A stretch of DNA of 63,001 bases, the filler included, from Conidiobolus incongruus B7586 (lineage: Eukaryota): the NCBI GenBank assembly GCA_000697335.1. It is 11 parts of 11 records of this genome, joined end to end, with 100 filler letters (N's around TTAATTAATTAA, not from the genome) between each part and the next. Parts side by side here need not be neighbours in the genome. Positions count along the whole stretch, not along the records: positions 1 to 17,044 come from JNEM01007463.1; 10 more parts are not named here. One strand, 5' to 3'. Numbering within the stretch: position 1 is the first letter of the stretch; every line of letters starts with the position of its first letter. The position numbers and the translations under genes are program-made. Below, one piece after another: positions 1 through 14,780 of this stretch. The notes beneath the pieces are model-generated. The model saw only the letters and a list, made by a program, of their open reading frames with translations. It was not told the origin of the DNA and did no database searches.

Positions 1-330
1 AAAATAACTGGAAAGAACTACCACATCTAGTATATTCCCCTGATTATAACCCATGTGATTATAATTGCTTTAGGTAATTAAAAAACCAGCTTGCAGGAAA
101 GAAAATTTCTGCAGGAAAATTTAATTGGTTTGTGAAACATCAAATTTCAGTCCTTAATAAAAAGAACTGTTTTTTAGGTGTTAGAAGTTTGCCAAAAGTA
201 TGGTAAAAAGTTATTAATAATAAAAGAAACTATTAAATTTATTTTATATATTTATTTTTATATATCATATATTCAAATGTTTATTTATTTTTAATCGCAA
301 AAAATTCCCATTATTAAAAATGCAGAGTAA
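1..330 (+). mobile_element. 3' end of degenerate mariner (DD34D) DNA transposon
   Basis: Translates WKELPHxVYSPDYNPCDYNCF..LKNQLAG...LPKVW*KVINNKxNY* (mariner YSPDLAPxD motif and C-terminus). Ends in terminal repeat ATTCCCATTATTAAAAATGCAGAGTAA followed by TA. Confidence 0.9.
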
Positions 331-3300
331 TATTAAAAACTTTATCCTAATTTATATATTGGATATTATTTTATTTAAAGCAATATATTTTATAATATCA
401 TTTTGAATAAAAAACTAAATAAATTAACATATCCATTAAGATATATTATGTTGTTTGAATGATATAATCAAAATAATATAAATTATTTTATATATATCCT
501 AATTTAAAATCAAAACTATTAAATATTAAAATTACAAATATTAAAAATAAAATTCAATAAAACCATAAATTGATTTTATTAATTATTTAAAAAAATAATT
601 TAAATCCATAAAAAATGTTTTAATTAAACATAGTGGGATGATATTATAGAGTTCAAAATAATTTAAACAAATTTTTCTATTTGAACCAAAAAAATCTAAA
701 TTATATATATTCAAAGCTGTAAATTTACAGAAATAATAATTTTTTTGGAAAAAATCATATTATATCTCAGAATTAATCGGACGGAAAGAATTGATTTTGT
801 TGATTCGTTATTTAAACCAATAGATTTTCTTATAATTAGGTTATTTATAATGAATTACTGAATGTGGTGAAATATTAACATATATATATTTATTAATAAT
901 ATAAAGTATATTACATCTCAATTTTTTTTTGAAAATATATATATCCTAATTCTTAAAAAACACAATTAATAATATATCTTCAAATATTATTAATCTAGGG
1001 TATTTCTTTCAAGTCAAGTAACTAGATTTTGGAAATTTAATATTTAATATTTTTGATCAACTAATATTAGTGTACATATTTAATTGCGGTTTCAATACCC
1101 TCTTGATTACATTATCATCTTTATTTCAAAGTACTTGCAATCCTTAACGTTGATAAGGTAGTATTCATTAATTAATATTAAAGCATCTTGATTTATAACT
1201 TATCTTTTATTAATTTAAAATATATTTCATCATTAGTGTATCTACTTTATTTATAAAACAGATCGAAGTATAATTATTCTGATTATAAAACTACTCGGGG
1301 TATTAGAGATGAATTAATAAATATTCAACAATAAAAACTTGATTGTAATAATTAGATAGAGCAAATAAAGCAATAGATATTCAAAGAAAGTATATACTAT
1401 ATATAATTTCTTAATATAATTTTTAGAAATTGAATTTTGATATCCTAAAAAGTCAATAATTTCACGATATTAAATAAATTCAAAGTACAAAATTGGATAA
1501 ATAAATTCTATTATGATATAATCTGTGATTATATGAATTTAACAAGATATTTTTGCTATTGGATTATATAAATATTCCATATAATAAAATTATGGCTAAA
1601 TTTAAAAAATATTTATATATATTTTGTCTGATAATCCAATATTTGAAAATGGATATTAGTTAGTTCAATAATATTCAGATAATAAAATAAATTTAAAATC
1701 AAAGCACAAAATAACAAAATTTGAGAATATCGCTATTAATAGAATATAAATTTATTTTTTTATATAATATTAACTTAATAAATAATAATTTTTAATTTTT
1801 TTATTTAATTATTTAATTGAATTTGTGAGTAATTAAAATTTGGTTGAAAATTTACTCAAATAATGTAACACTAGATTATATTTTTGAAAAATTAAACTTT
1901 CAATAATAAAAATTTCAAAATATAAATACTAATGTAAGATGCTAATATAACCAGTAAAAATTACTAAATACGTCAACTCTAGTCAATTATTTTGCGATAA
2001 TTGACACGATGGATGATGTTGACCAATCAAAAAATATGTCAAAGTTAAATTTGGAAATTGAAAGTGATCCAATTCAGAACAAATACTCTGCAAGATGAAA
2101 ATAATACACATATATTAAAAAGTTTGAAATCTTATGATCTTGATTTTTAAATTTCACCTCAAATTTATTGAAAGTTAGGTAATTGGGGATTTCGCCGGTA
2201 TTAAAATTTTGTTTTGAAACTCAACAATTTAGTTAGTACTTTGGTATCACCAATGCAACAACGGAGGAATACTGCAGTAATTATCATGGTATTCAGGTTT
2301 CTTTTGAAATTAGAACGATCGCTATTTCCAATTCTGAAGAGTTGGAAAATTTTCAAGTATTGACTTAGTACAGAAAAATTTAGTAACAAATTTTGTACTT
2401 AGTATAAATTTTCATAGTTTTTAAAAACCAATATGACTATATTGATTAACTTGAATATGTTTTCCATAGTTGATTCAAATTTTATAATATTTTAATTAAT
2501 TTTCAATATAAACTATTCAAATACAATTATCTTAATAACATAAAATTTTTAAAATAAAATTAGGTTATAATAAAATTAAGGAGTTAAAGTGAAATGATAT
2601 AGAAATGCGTCAATTATCACCTTCAATTCAAATAAAATCACTAATTAATTAATCTAATCTAATCTATTCTCAATTTATAATGTTCTTAGTGTAAAATCAT
2701 ACTTTCAATATGGTGCTGGAATATCTTTTGGGTTGGAATGGTTATAATCTATTCAAGTCGGCCCTTATTAGTGAATACTCCATATAAAGTAAGGAATTCC
2801 CCTCTAATATTAATTTACTTTATACTTTCATTAAATTACCATTTTTAATTTTAAAGTTGGAATGGAATCAAATAATTTTGAATTGCAAGATATATTTCAT
2901 TAATACGTGATATAATGACTATTATAATATAAAGAATTATAACTTTTTAACTTGTTTTTAAATAACTATTTGACTTTTTCATTAATTTTGAAACTTAATG
3001 AATTATATTCATAAGAATACAATGATGCAATATTTTTTAAAATTTGCAATAATTACTAATTTTATAAATGTGTAAATTATATTTAACTCAAATAATACTA
3101 GTTCTTTATAAATTGAATTAATATTATAACCAATATTTTAAATGAATTTTTTTCAATATAATTATCATTCCCTCAATCACAAATTTTAACAAATAATCTC
3201 TCAATATTCCAAATCATCCAACTATTCATATCAATTTTAAAACCACAATTGAAAAGATTTCAAAAATTCTTGATGAAATCATTATCAATATCTCTCAACC

Positions 3301-6300
3301 AAATAACTCCTAATAAATTAATTGATCAATTAATTAATTTTTGAGTATAGTGAAGTAGGAATAATATAATCAGCAAATATCAGTAAATGGTAAGGTTTCC
3401 ATCTCTGGTTTATCGTCAATATTATTTGATAAATTATATATAGTTTATATTTAAGTAAATGAAGTTTTATTCTGGTTTTTATATTCCTATTGGCAATCCC
3501 AATTGGTTAAAAATATATCAAAGACTAAGGATATATAGTTAAACCATTATATTTGAAACTTCATCCATTCAAAAATTGCTCGATATTGAGTAGGGCTATT
3601 TTCTCAGAATTTATCATACTAATTCTAATAATTACCATAAATACATATTTTGAAAACTTAAGTGGTCTGGAATATAATATTAATCATTTTTCAATGGTAT
3701 ATTAAATTATATATCTATACTAGGTGATTTTAAATCCGTTTATTTTATTAAAGTATATTAGGATATGAAAATTTAGATCAAGTTTTTCATATTTTTTGAA
3801 TTATTAAAATATACTATATATACTTTTAAGGGAGCTTTTAAATTAAAACATAACTTTAATTGTAATAAATTGTTTGAGATTAATCATTTAGCTATTGATA
3901 GCGATTATTATTGGTATTGAATGGATTCTGTTACAATCAATTCATAATTATAAGGATAAAGAAATAAAATTAAATTAGCAATAATGTGCAAAGGATATTC
4001 CTGAACTAGAAACAACTTTTTAACAATTATAATGTAATAGATGAATAAATTTCTATATACTTGATCAATTTATTACTAACAATTAGAACCACGACTATTA
4101 AGGCTGAATCTATTGTTCTTTCAGAATTCTTTTAAAAAATGAAAAAAAATAATATTTTAAATAAGAATTGAATTATTAATAGATATATGTGCTCAATATA
4201 GGGATTTTTTTTTCTAAATTTCAATTTATAATCATAATAATTTTCAATACATTTGTTTCCGAAATCAATATAAATTTGGAACCGGATAAAGTTCATCAGT
4301 TAAGATAAAATCGCATCTTCAAAGTCATATAAAATTCCCAGTTATCGGGTCGCTATATTATCTAATTTGAAAAGAGTATTATCAAATGTGATAAATATTC
4401 CCAATAGAACTTAAATTTATTAAATATTAGGTTCTTAATAGATATTAATAAATGTATTCAAGTGAATTAATTTAATTAATTTAGCAAAATTTAAATAGAT
4501 TAATTGATTTTCTATCCTATAATGTTAGTTATGTTAACCAAATATTATACTATTGGAATTATATTAATTTTAATTTTTTTTTATTTTAGCTATAAATGAC
4601 TAAACTTACATTTTTTAATTGTGTTTAATACTATGTAAAATTGATTATAAATAATTTTTATAATTTTTTAGCGAATTTAAGGTCCTCCTCCTCCGGTAAA
4701 ATTAAAATCCGTTCTTTACCTTTGAAATTAACATAAGCTACTACAACAAGATTATAACTATATATAATAAAATTCTAACAAACAAATAAATATTTAATTA
4801 AGTTCCTCAGTTGTAAGAAAATCCCATTTAAAAACAAAATAAACTATAAATGGAAACCTCTTATCTCAAATTGAATGTTTCGGAACTAAAATTCGTTGAA
4901 ATAGCTCAATTTAGAAACAATCGCGACTATATAGATTGTAAATATTAATACAAATTGGTTAGGATTTAATTTTCTATGGGAAATTTATCATATGCTGATA
5001 AAATTTGTTATATTAGTTAATAAATTAATATAATAATAATAGTTATAATAATTATAATTATAATAATTGTTGAACAAGATTTGTTTTATAAGATAATAAA
5101 CACTCTTATTATGAATATAGATTGCAAAGAATTTTAATTTTTTGAATTAAGTTCTATAATTCTGATTTATTATATCAATTGAAAAAAAGAACAAGACCTA
5201 AATAACTTGTAAATATCATAAACTTAATATATTTGAATCACTCAATAAATCAATCTATCTATCACAATTCTTTTTATTTAATATAAAATTTTTTATTAAA
5301 TTTTAATCGGAAAATTACCAAAATTGAAAAGTTTTTATGATTTATTTTTGTATTGAAAATATATATATATATTTCTCCTACTTTTATTAATTTCTCATTA
5401 AATAAATTTAAAAATGGTAATGCATCTCCGACATAATTTACTTTTGATCCAATATAAAATTAATAAAATAATTATACTATAAACTATGATTAATTTACTT
5501 TAGTTTGATTTTATTAATTGATCATTTTTATATTAAATTGTTAATTGATTATGCTGGTAGAAATCCGACCGATTTCAATTTAACTACATATCAAATAGTA
5601 AAATTACCTCAGTGTATAGTTATAATAAAGTAGAAAATAATCAATTTTGTTGGTGGTATAATATAGTAGATATTAAGCAAGCTGATAAGCTAATAAATTC
5701 CATCCAGTCCAAATTATCCATTTTCATTCCCTCAGTCTCGATGATTATTGGTTAAAATTATTGCAGGTATATACTTTCATTGGTAATTGATTTTTAGAAA
5801 TTGTCCTAACTATTAAAGGATGATATCATATATTTGTAATAATTAGATCAACTTTGGAAGGGAGATGAATTGTTGAGTTCAGTGTGACAAGTGTTGAGAC
5901 TTATAAGTTGGATATGGTTGAATATATCTGATTACTTTAGTTAAGTACTAAAGATCAAAAATTGTGTGCATGATTAATCAATGATCCCCGAGTATTTTGG
6001 GATTGTATCCGCTTTTAATACTCACGAATGTAGAGGAGAATGTGACCTCTTGAAGAAGTGCTAAAATTGGAATTGGGTACCAATATCCATTCAGTAGTTC
6101 CATCGTTGTCACAACGTATTCGTGATCTTTATTAACTGAGTGATTTATATAAATTAAAAGATTTGGATACTATAGATTAATGGATATTTATAGATCTTCA
6201 AAAATATTCAATTCCAACTAAGACATAAATAATTATAATTCAACCCCCCTACAACAATTACCTCAATAAGTAACAATTCGGAATTTTTAAGAATGACGAC

Positions 6301-7255
6301 TTTGATATAATATATGGTTGAGTGGTAGAATGCAACTTAATAACAGCATTTATCAGTTTTTTTTCTCAATTCATTTCTTCAAGTTGTTGATACTTTTTTA
6401 TTAAATTATAATTTATTAATAATTGTGTTGCATCAATATCTATTTAAGGTACTCTTTCTAATCTAAATCCCTATTAAAATTTTATAATTAATATTAACAG
6501 GATTTTGTCGATTTTAGGTGGTTTGAATAAAAAAAATATTTACTTATTTTCAACAACTTATGCTAATTTATTTTTATTAAAGGGTTAAATAATATATATT
6601 ATAAGTTGAATAAATGCTATAAAATTTAATATATTTTAATTAAAAATCAAAAGCTGACTTTGAGAGTGATTTTAGGATATTGTTATAATTGCAAAGGATT
6701 AATATAATGATCCCAAGTGATGAAAATTAAACTAAAGTCATGTTAATATTGATCACGAATCAAAGAAGAGATTCAATACACACCGAATACAACAAGTATT
6801 ATCACTTCTAATAATAGTATAGTATTTTTAATAATTTGAGAAAATTTGCAAAGTATTTGGAGTATGAGAAAACTTTTCGGTTCAATTTGAAGCATCAATG
6901 CTAACTAGAGCGTTCCAATTTTATATTGGGTTTTTATTATGTCTTTCAAGTGAAGACTTGATGATTATTATTGAATATTGTTAAGTTATATATAATACAC
7001 AGTATGAGTTTGTCAGGTGCAAACTTAATAGTAGGTTGAATCAGTAAGCTTCTTTGAATGAAGATAACCGTTATAATCTTGGTAATTTGTATGTAAAAAG
7101 TTTGTCCAGCAGAAGTGTTAAATAGTACAATTGATTGATTGAATTTCGAGATTATTGGCTAGCTTTGATTAATATAGCAAACAAATGTAAATAACTGGTT
7201 CCTTATGAATTCCCACCATAATCAATGAACCAAGTAGTGAACATCCAATTAATTA

Positions 7256-8047
7256 TTAAGTGGATGGATGAAAGTTGAAGTGCTGGAAAGGGGGATGACT
7301 TTGGGGGTGTTGTAGAATTGTAGAGTGATAAGTGGCAGTGGATTGTTGCTGCTGCTGCTGTTGTTGTTGCTCCAATATGTAGCTCTTGTGCGTCTTAATA
7401 TGCTGGTTGAGATTGTCGCTTCGGCTGAACCTCTTGCCACAGTCCTTCACTGGACAGGCGTAGGGCCTGTCGAGACTGTGGACGCATCGAATATGACGCC
7501 GTAGATGCTCTGCACGTTTGAACACACGGCCACAGTTGTTCGCGTGACAAACAAATTGCACTTCAAGGTGACGACCGGCCCCTTCTTTGGGAACTCGAAT
7601 CAAAGCGATAGGAGTTTGAGGCGGAACATTGAGATTGGCTGGGGGAGATTTGACAGGCGGCGGCGAGGGAGGGAGATGGTTCTGAGTTGTTTCAAGCTTT
7701 GGAGCAATGGTAGCGTGAGAAGTGGTTGGAAGAGACACTGGATTCATAATTGGTGCGGTTGTGAGCTGAGTGGTATGAGCATTAGTAACATAGTTAGGAG
7801 GCCAAGCTGGATCGAATTGGTAGGGGAAATTGGTAGTTGGAGGAAAGTGGTGATAGTTTTCATTCCATCCAGCACTAAATACTTTGACAGGAGATTCGGG
7901 CTTAATATAAGACACCGCAGGGGTTTCATCAGGCTTTAAGGGGTAGGAGGGGGTGGCGGCTGTGGTGGAAGGATCCTGTCTCCTGTACGGAGATTCGGTT
8001 TCCACGGGGTAATGCGGGTAATTTGGGTGATGAGCACCAAAATTCAT
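7256..8047 (-). CDS. C2H2 zinc-finger transcription factor (Msn2/Seb1/Ste12-like fingers) with Pro/Thr-rich N-terminus and polyQ tail
   Basis: Two fingers: [24 protein letters not shown] and [25 protein letters not shown]-rich coding island. First ATG is at 8047 (MNFGAHH); the ORF-track start at 8092 is TTG. Confidence 0.92.
   Translation of the reverse strand: MNFGAHHPNYPHYPVETESPYRRQDPSTTAATPSYPLKPDETPAVSYIKPESPVKVFSAGWNENYHHFPPTTNFPYQFDPAWPPNYVTNAHTTQLTTAPIMNPVSLPTTSHATIAPKLETTQNHLPPSPPPVKSPPANLNVPPQTPIALIRVPKEGAGRHLEVQFVCHANNCGRVFKRAEHLRRHIRCVHSLDRPYACPVKDCGKRFSRSDNLNQHIKTHKSYILEQQQQQQQQQSTATYHSTILQHPQSHPPFQHFNFHPST
7342..7371 (-). repeat. CAA/CAG trinucleotide repeat encoding polyQ
   Basis: ttgttgctgctgctgctgttgttgttg on the plus strand; [10 protein letters not shown] in the protein. 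Confidence 0.85.
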
Positions 8048-11000
8048 GGCAGCAATCGAGTCACAAATCACCAGGTCAGTAATAACTATCAACTGTGAGC
8101 TTCAGGGAGACACAATTGGCTTTTATATTATATGGATTACTCGTCATCCAATCATGCATCAGTTTGATTAATAAAGTTGTCTTACCAACCATCATGAACC
8201 GGTTTTGTAATTTTCCATTTCCAATAATATTACCAAATAATTTCCACAATAACTTGATCAAATTGCTTCATACTAAGCTTTTCTGTGACAATTTTAATAT
8301 AATTCAAATTAATCTCTATTGGACCAATAGGAAAAAAACATGGTGTCTTATGACCTATCTCACATAGCACAAACATCAAAGTGTACCAAAGAACCATTGA
8401 CGGCATAAATAGAAAATTTATAACACTCTCATTCAAAACTCAATCAAAAATCCAGCATAATAAAACAAAAATGATATTTTATTCAAACGAGTATCTGAAT
8501 TAATTAATTAAAATCATTGAACTCAGTATAACCATAAGTATCATTATAAATTAAACTATCAATTTATCAAATTTCAAATTCAATCAAACTAAATATTACA
8601 TATCCTCACTTTTCCCTCATTTCCAAATTTAGGAAAGAAATAATAATTTTCACCTGTCAAAAATCAAAATGGATTACCAAAGTAATTTATGAGTATTGTG
8701 ATTGAGCATTTGTTTAAACCCAAAGCTCCATAATTATGCTACCTTCTTAATTTAACTTTATATTGATTTCTATCGAAATAAATATCTTGCATATGATCTT
8801 TAATCCAGCTATACGTTGCCATATTTATCACTCTCTCAATCTTTTATATCACTTTAACCATTGATGATTGGCTGAAAGTTGTACAAGTTGGAAGTGATTA
8901 ATCCAAGGTAATATTACAACACCACTTCATTAATATACCGGAAATCCTTAATTAAATCTTATTCGAGTAATTTATATGATATACTGAAATATATGATTGA
9001 AGGATGGATTATTAATCAATACAGTTTCTAAAATTTGTATCAATTCAATATGTTAATTGAAAAATCTATTGAGAACTTTTGCATATCTAAGAACTATCTT
9101 GAAGATAGCATAGATTCCTCTTGATTATTTAGTACAAATAATTGATATTAATTTTTGAATATTCCTTTGTGATTATAGATATTTACATGGTTCACTATTT
9201 ATTTAAGAAAATTAATAATTGCATACTGAACAATAAGTGTAATTAAATATTCAATTATATTTGATTACTTTTAATGAATGCTATCAATTTTTTATTTTTC
9301 ACGAATAATATATTGATTATAAATAAAAAAGCCTCCATTTTTCTCAATTTATATCTATTGCAAGTAAAATTTAAAAATAGATATATCATCAGTAATTATT
9401 ATATTGTATGTTTGTTTGTAATGTAATCATTTTTTAATTTAGTTTTATAATCCACTCGAGTTCTATATTCAGCTCCGAACTTGTTATATTTCTTTAATAT
9501 ATAATGCATTAATGATTAATATAATATAAATCATTACTATCTCCTCGATTAATTGTTGAAACCTATGTGATACAAAAACTTAGCATAATAAACAATAAAT
9601 ATTTGATGTACAAAAATACCTTTATCTGATATATCTTTAGAGATAATCAAATAAATTTTCCCCATATATAATATTCCAAAATTCCAAAGATCATTACGAA
9701 CTGAAGTGGACCAAACTCAGATAATTCATCCGTCTCCAAAATCTAAACAGTTTCACCAAATAAACTACCCTACAAATTGAATGAGTATGAATTCTCAACC
9801 AATTTCAAATCAACCCAATTTTGGATCAATTAATATTATCTAAAAACTTGAAATATGTGTTGATTCAAGTAGAGATCAAGTGATAATATAAATTTTTCAT
9901 TTAACTGATTTAGGATTTTAACACCGAAATTTTTTCTTTTCTTATTAATCAATATAATTGTGAAATATGAGTTTTGAATTGTATTTATCATTTATGACTC
10001 TATTTCATATATTAGTTTATAATTTAATTAGTATCACTAAATTAAATATTAGGGGGTGGGGGGAAAGTTATTATATTACAACTAAAATCTTTTTTTATAT
10101 AGAAAATGAATTTTTTCAATTTAATATCAAATTCATTAAACTTTCGACATTTTACTAAATTAGGATCTTATATTAACTCATTTTCAAATTCTAAAATAGA
10201 TTATGAACAAAAAAACCATTTAATATATCTTATCAAATTAGGTTATCATGTTCAAATCAATTTAATTATTTTTCAATATTACGAAGTTCTTCAATATGTG
10301 ATATATATATACTGAGTTGGTTATATTTAACAGATTTAATTACTTTTAGGTTATATTTCTTCATTTATTGAAATCTTTATCATCATTTATATTAAAGCCC
10401 GATTTAATAGATGAGATCCAATAATAGATAATTATCAAGCTTTAATAATTAATACCTACTTTGAAATAATAAGAATATTTTTAAAATTTGAATAAAAAAA
10501 TCTTTTAATTGCTTAACAGAATTTAAAAATAGCAACCTCAAATACTTTTTAAGTTATCAATATATGAGTTCAAAATCACTCAACAATTGAACTTAATACT
10601 GCTTAAATGATAGCATGCTGAGTTAAGCTTATCATCCAATAAGTTATAGATTCAACCTTTTAATTAAAACCATGTCACCATCTTTTGAAAGAAATTTTTG
10701 GCCAGTATTATATTGAGTTTTATATTGGAATCTGATAAATTGAAATAATTATAATAACCCAAGTATTATCAATAATTATCGATAGCAATTATATAATATT
10801 ACTTAAATTTCCAATATATATAAACTAAAATAGATTTATCTTTGAAATCATATATATAAAATGAATATTATTTCAAATTTTTTAGTATCTGATCAATCAA
10901 TAAATAAAATAGATCACTTTTCAAACTTGTATTTTTGATAATTATTCCAACAGTTAAATCTCTAGTATATCATATTTCTATAGTTTAAAAATTAAATTCC

Positions 11001-13365
11001 ACAGATAAGAAAGTATTATTATTTTCAATGAAGGTATTAAAATCCGATTAATATCATAATTTGCCATGTTTTTGTATAATCTTGATTCCAAATCTTTGAA
11101 TTATAATAAATTTCACATATCAATTAAAATTAATTAATTTTGAAAATAGATTCATATCAAAGTAATTTTTTAATAAGTATTCTATAATAGTATCATGATT
11201 TAATATCGCTTCGAGAATTCAATGACTGAATATGATGTTTCAGTGGAATTGGTTATTGATTAGATATAAATTGAGAAATTTTGAATTTAATATTTAAAAA
11301 AATTTAATTATTATTATTTAAGTTTCAAATTATTAATATAAAACTAAAAGATTTTGAATTGAGCTAAATATTATATTATGAAAAGAATTAGTTGATAATC
11401 AATAATCAATTTATAATTTTCCACCAATTGATTTAAAACTAAAATTCCTATATATATCAATTTTGATCCGAGTGTATAATAAACATTGAAAAAACCCTCA
11501 AAATACTTTTATATGTTTATTCTCCAAATCAACTGACCCCCAGCACAATAAACAATTAATCAGAAAATCAAATAAAACTATAAAAACCAATTCTCCAAAA
11601 TCTTAACGACTTGCTAAATATAGAAGTCCGAAAATTAACAGCTTATTAGTTTTTTGTTAATTAACAAACTGAGGGTTTTATTACTATTGAATTCATTATC
11701 TTGTCCATTTTCCATAGTTTTATTCAAATGAATTAGTTGAAAATAATTTGAAAATTGAGGTGTACACTTTAATTTGGTTGAATCAATGGATTATTTTTCA
11801 TATTTTTTGATGAATTATCCAATTTAGGAGAGATTATAAGTCGTCATTTTTGAAAATTATTACAAATTACTATAAATAAATCACTATTACTTGAATAATA
11901 TTAGATATCCATTTTTCTATTATGATTGGTTTATGTTTGTTGAAATTTAATTATAAAATAGCGTAATTAAGTGCTATCATCAATCTTATCTTAATAACAG
12001 TTAACCAGCTATCAATAATCTTACCTTTCAAATATCCATTTTTGGTTCTATGATTCTTTATTTATCACTGATGAAAGATTATTATTAGCAATTTTTCATA
12101 TTCATTTAAACAATAGAAATTATTAGTTTGAGCTGCTTATTACATAATAAATTGCTGTGACTGTTTTAAAGTTCAATAAATTTAGCTAATTAATGAATAC
12201 ATCAAACTTGAATATAGTTTTTAAGTGTTGCTTAGGATCAAATTATCAGGTTCAAAAATTAAAATGATACCTAGCTATTTCTTATGTAATTTATATTAAA
12301 TCATTAACAGTCATAATTTTAATAAGATTCTTAATTTTGTAATTTTATTTTTAATCTTGTAAAAATATATAATCCCGATAAACTTTATATATTATTCAAT
12401 ATTGTATTACCATAATAATATATATTACAATATTAATATTAAAATTTTTAAAGAATAATTATTGCACTCCTGCCAACCTTATTACTTGAACTTGAATATT
12501 AAATCAAATTTAAGATAATATCATTAATTAAGGTATGACATTCATTTTGAACTCTTGGGATTTATATAAATTAATAATGTTACAATTAATCTTTTCAGAA
12601 CTTATACCTTTGATATATATATATATATTAATATACTATTACATATCTTATAATCTATCAAATAATAGCTAAATTATTGGATTTTATAATTAAAATTAGA
12701 TTCATATTATTACTATTTAAAATTAATAGTTAAAATATATATATTATGCAAAATAATAAATCATTTGATTATATTAATATTTTTACTTTATTATTTCATT
12801 TAATATCAAGCAAAATAATTTATATTAATAATTTTATAAATAATTCATTTAGTCTTAACTTTTTAAATAAAACAATAAAATAATAATATTATTATTAACA
12901 TAAATATTTAAGAATCAAGTGAATGCTATAATAACAGAATTCTATTAACGATAATAATTATTAATTTTTAAATTTTTAAATTCTATATCAATGAATCGAT
13001 AATAATCTTGAAATAATTTTTTTCAAACTTATAAATATAGAATAAGTTACTATTACAAGGTTTTAAATATATTTAATTACAAAATTTCTTAAATATAAAA
13101 TTAAAATATTAATATTTTTCTGATTAATAACAAATATATGACTGATTTTTCAAATTCAATGTATCATATTTCAAATTTTATACAATTTAATAAATATCAA
13201 AAGAAATATATGTTCAAATTAGATGAAACTTTATATTGAGCCTATATAACTATATTGGTTAATTTAAGTATATCATTTTGTTCATTTAGAAGAAATTATT
13301 TATTATCATAATAAAAAATTTTAATAAAAATGAATAAAATTTTTGATATAATAGTATGTTATTAT

Positions 13366-13770
13366 TGACGAGCGTAATTGTGGGAGGAAATAGACTTTTA
13401 GACCTTAAACGGGGAATCGCCAGTGATAGACGATAGATTACCACAGAGTTAGGGAAAATTAATGGGGTCAAAATGGCTTACTGTAAATCGGGTCCTTCGA
13501 GTAAAGTAAATATCTCACGCTTGTCACAACAATACTTTTGTGAGAGTTACGAGAAAAACTCAGAGGCTGGAATATTTTGAAATAAAGATAAAATAGATAT
13601 GTTTATTAGTTCATTCGTGATAATTGTATATTAGCTTTCATTGTTGATTTTTATGGATAGGAATGGCTCAGTGACAGAAAGGAACATAACCACACAGTTC
13701 AGGAAATGGGTGTTCTCCAATGTGACTTCTCGATTTAATGTGGTAATCGCAGTTTCTCGAATGATTGACA
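13366..13770. mobile_element. Probable solo LTR / small element (CpG-containing island)
   Basis: About 405 bp with higher GC than its flanks, bounded by TGAC...TGACA like the 54561 element. No clean TSD. Confidence 0.4.
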
Positions 13771-14780
13771 AGATTATTTCCCACCATTATTATTAAATTT
13801 GGTAACTATATTTTCAACTTTCAATTGGAATAATCTTGAATGTTATGGTTTTAACTTTATAACTATTTAGATTTGAAAAATTTTTGTGAAAAATTATAAC
13901 CGCAAGTTGATTTAATAATCAGCTATTAATGACCGAATTTCTTGTAGAACAAATACCATAAGACATCAATACTATTTTTCATTATCTATCAACTTAATTG
14001 AATGTATGGTTCCATTTTTATTTCGGCTATATAAATTCAAACTGAAAGATTTTATAATAAATAATAATTCAATCATGTTAAATATTCAATTTAACAATAG
14101 AACTAGATATATTATAATGATATTCTTTATTATTGATATAAAACTGATTATTATTATCGAATATATTTTCTATATAATAAATGTCTTTTTTAGACTCAAA
14201 ATTTATTATAAAATTATGCAAGAATATTTCAATGTTTTATTTTAATATTTTTAAAAAATTAAATGACTCAAAATATATAATATCTCATTTATCACATCAC
14301 ATCCAATATCTAATTTCTTTTTAAAAATTATTAAAATAATTTATTATTCAATTATTCAAAATGTAAATACCTATATTATAGTTAGGAGTTAAAGATTTTC
14401 TTTTCTTGAATATTATACAAGTATTATAATTTAGTATTCTCTAATGTTTTAAAAAATTATTGTATTTATTATATATATAATAATATTTCATTGAGAAACC
14501 AATGATAAAAAATTTGACTAAAAATTAAGGAGTTTTTAGTTTAATCAGAATTAAACAATGTGGATTGATTAAACTATTATTTTATTCAAAATATTCTTAA
14601 TCAATATCTCACCAAAATCCAAAAATAGTTTTCAATAGCAAAAAGATTATAATAGTATTATATTGTAATATAATTAAAAATCTTAACATCATAGAATATA
14701 ACATAAAAAACTAATATAGTTAAAGATATTATTTGATATAATATAAATTAAATCAAAATAATATTAATCATATTTATATA

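Noticed and set aside
7505..7939. 144-aa plus-strand ORF and the small ORFs at 7249, 7744, 8076, 8095 and 8230
   Set aside because: Shadow ORFs of, or next to, the GC-rich zinc-finger gene; no recognisable motifs.
9967..14245. 60-80 aa ORFs at 9967, 10106, 13286 and 14006 (also 2201, 42009, 44381, 45473)
   Set aside because: I/N/K/F/L-rich chance ORFs of AT-rich DNA, or TE/gap-derived.
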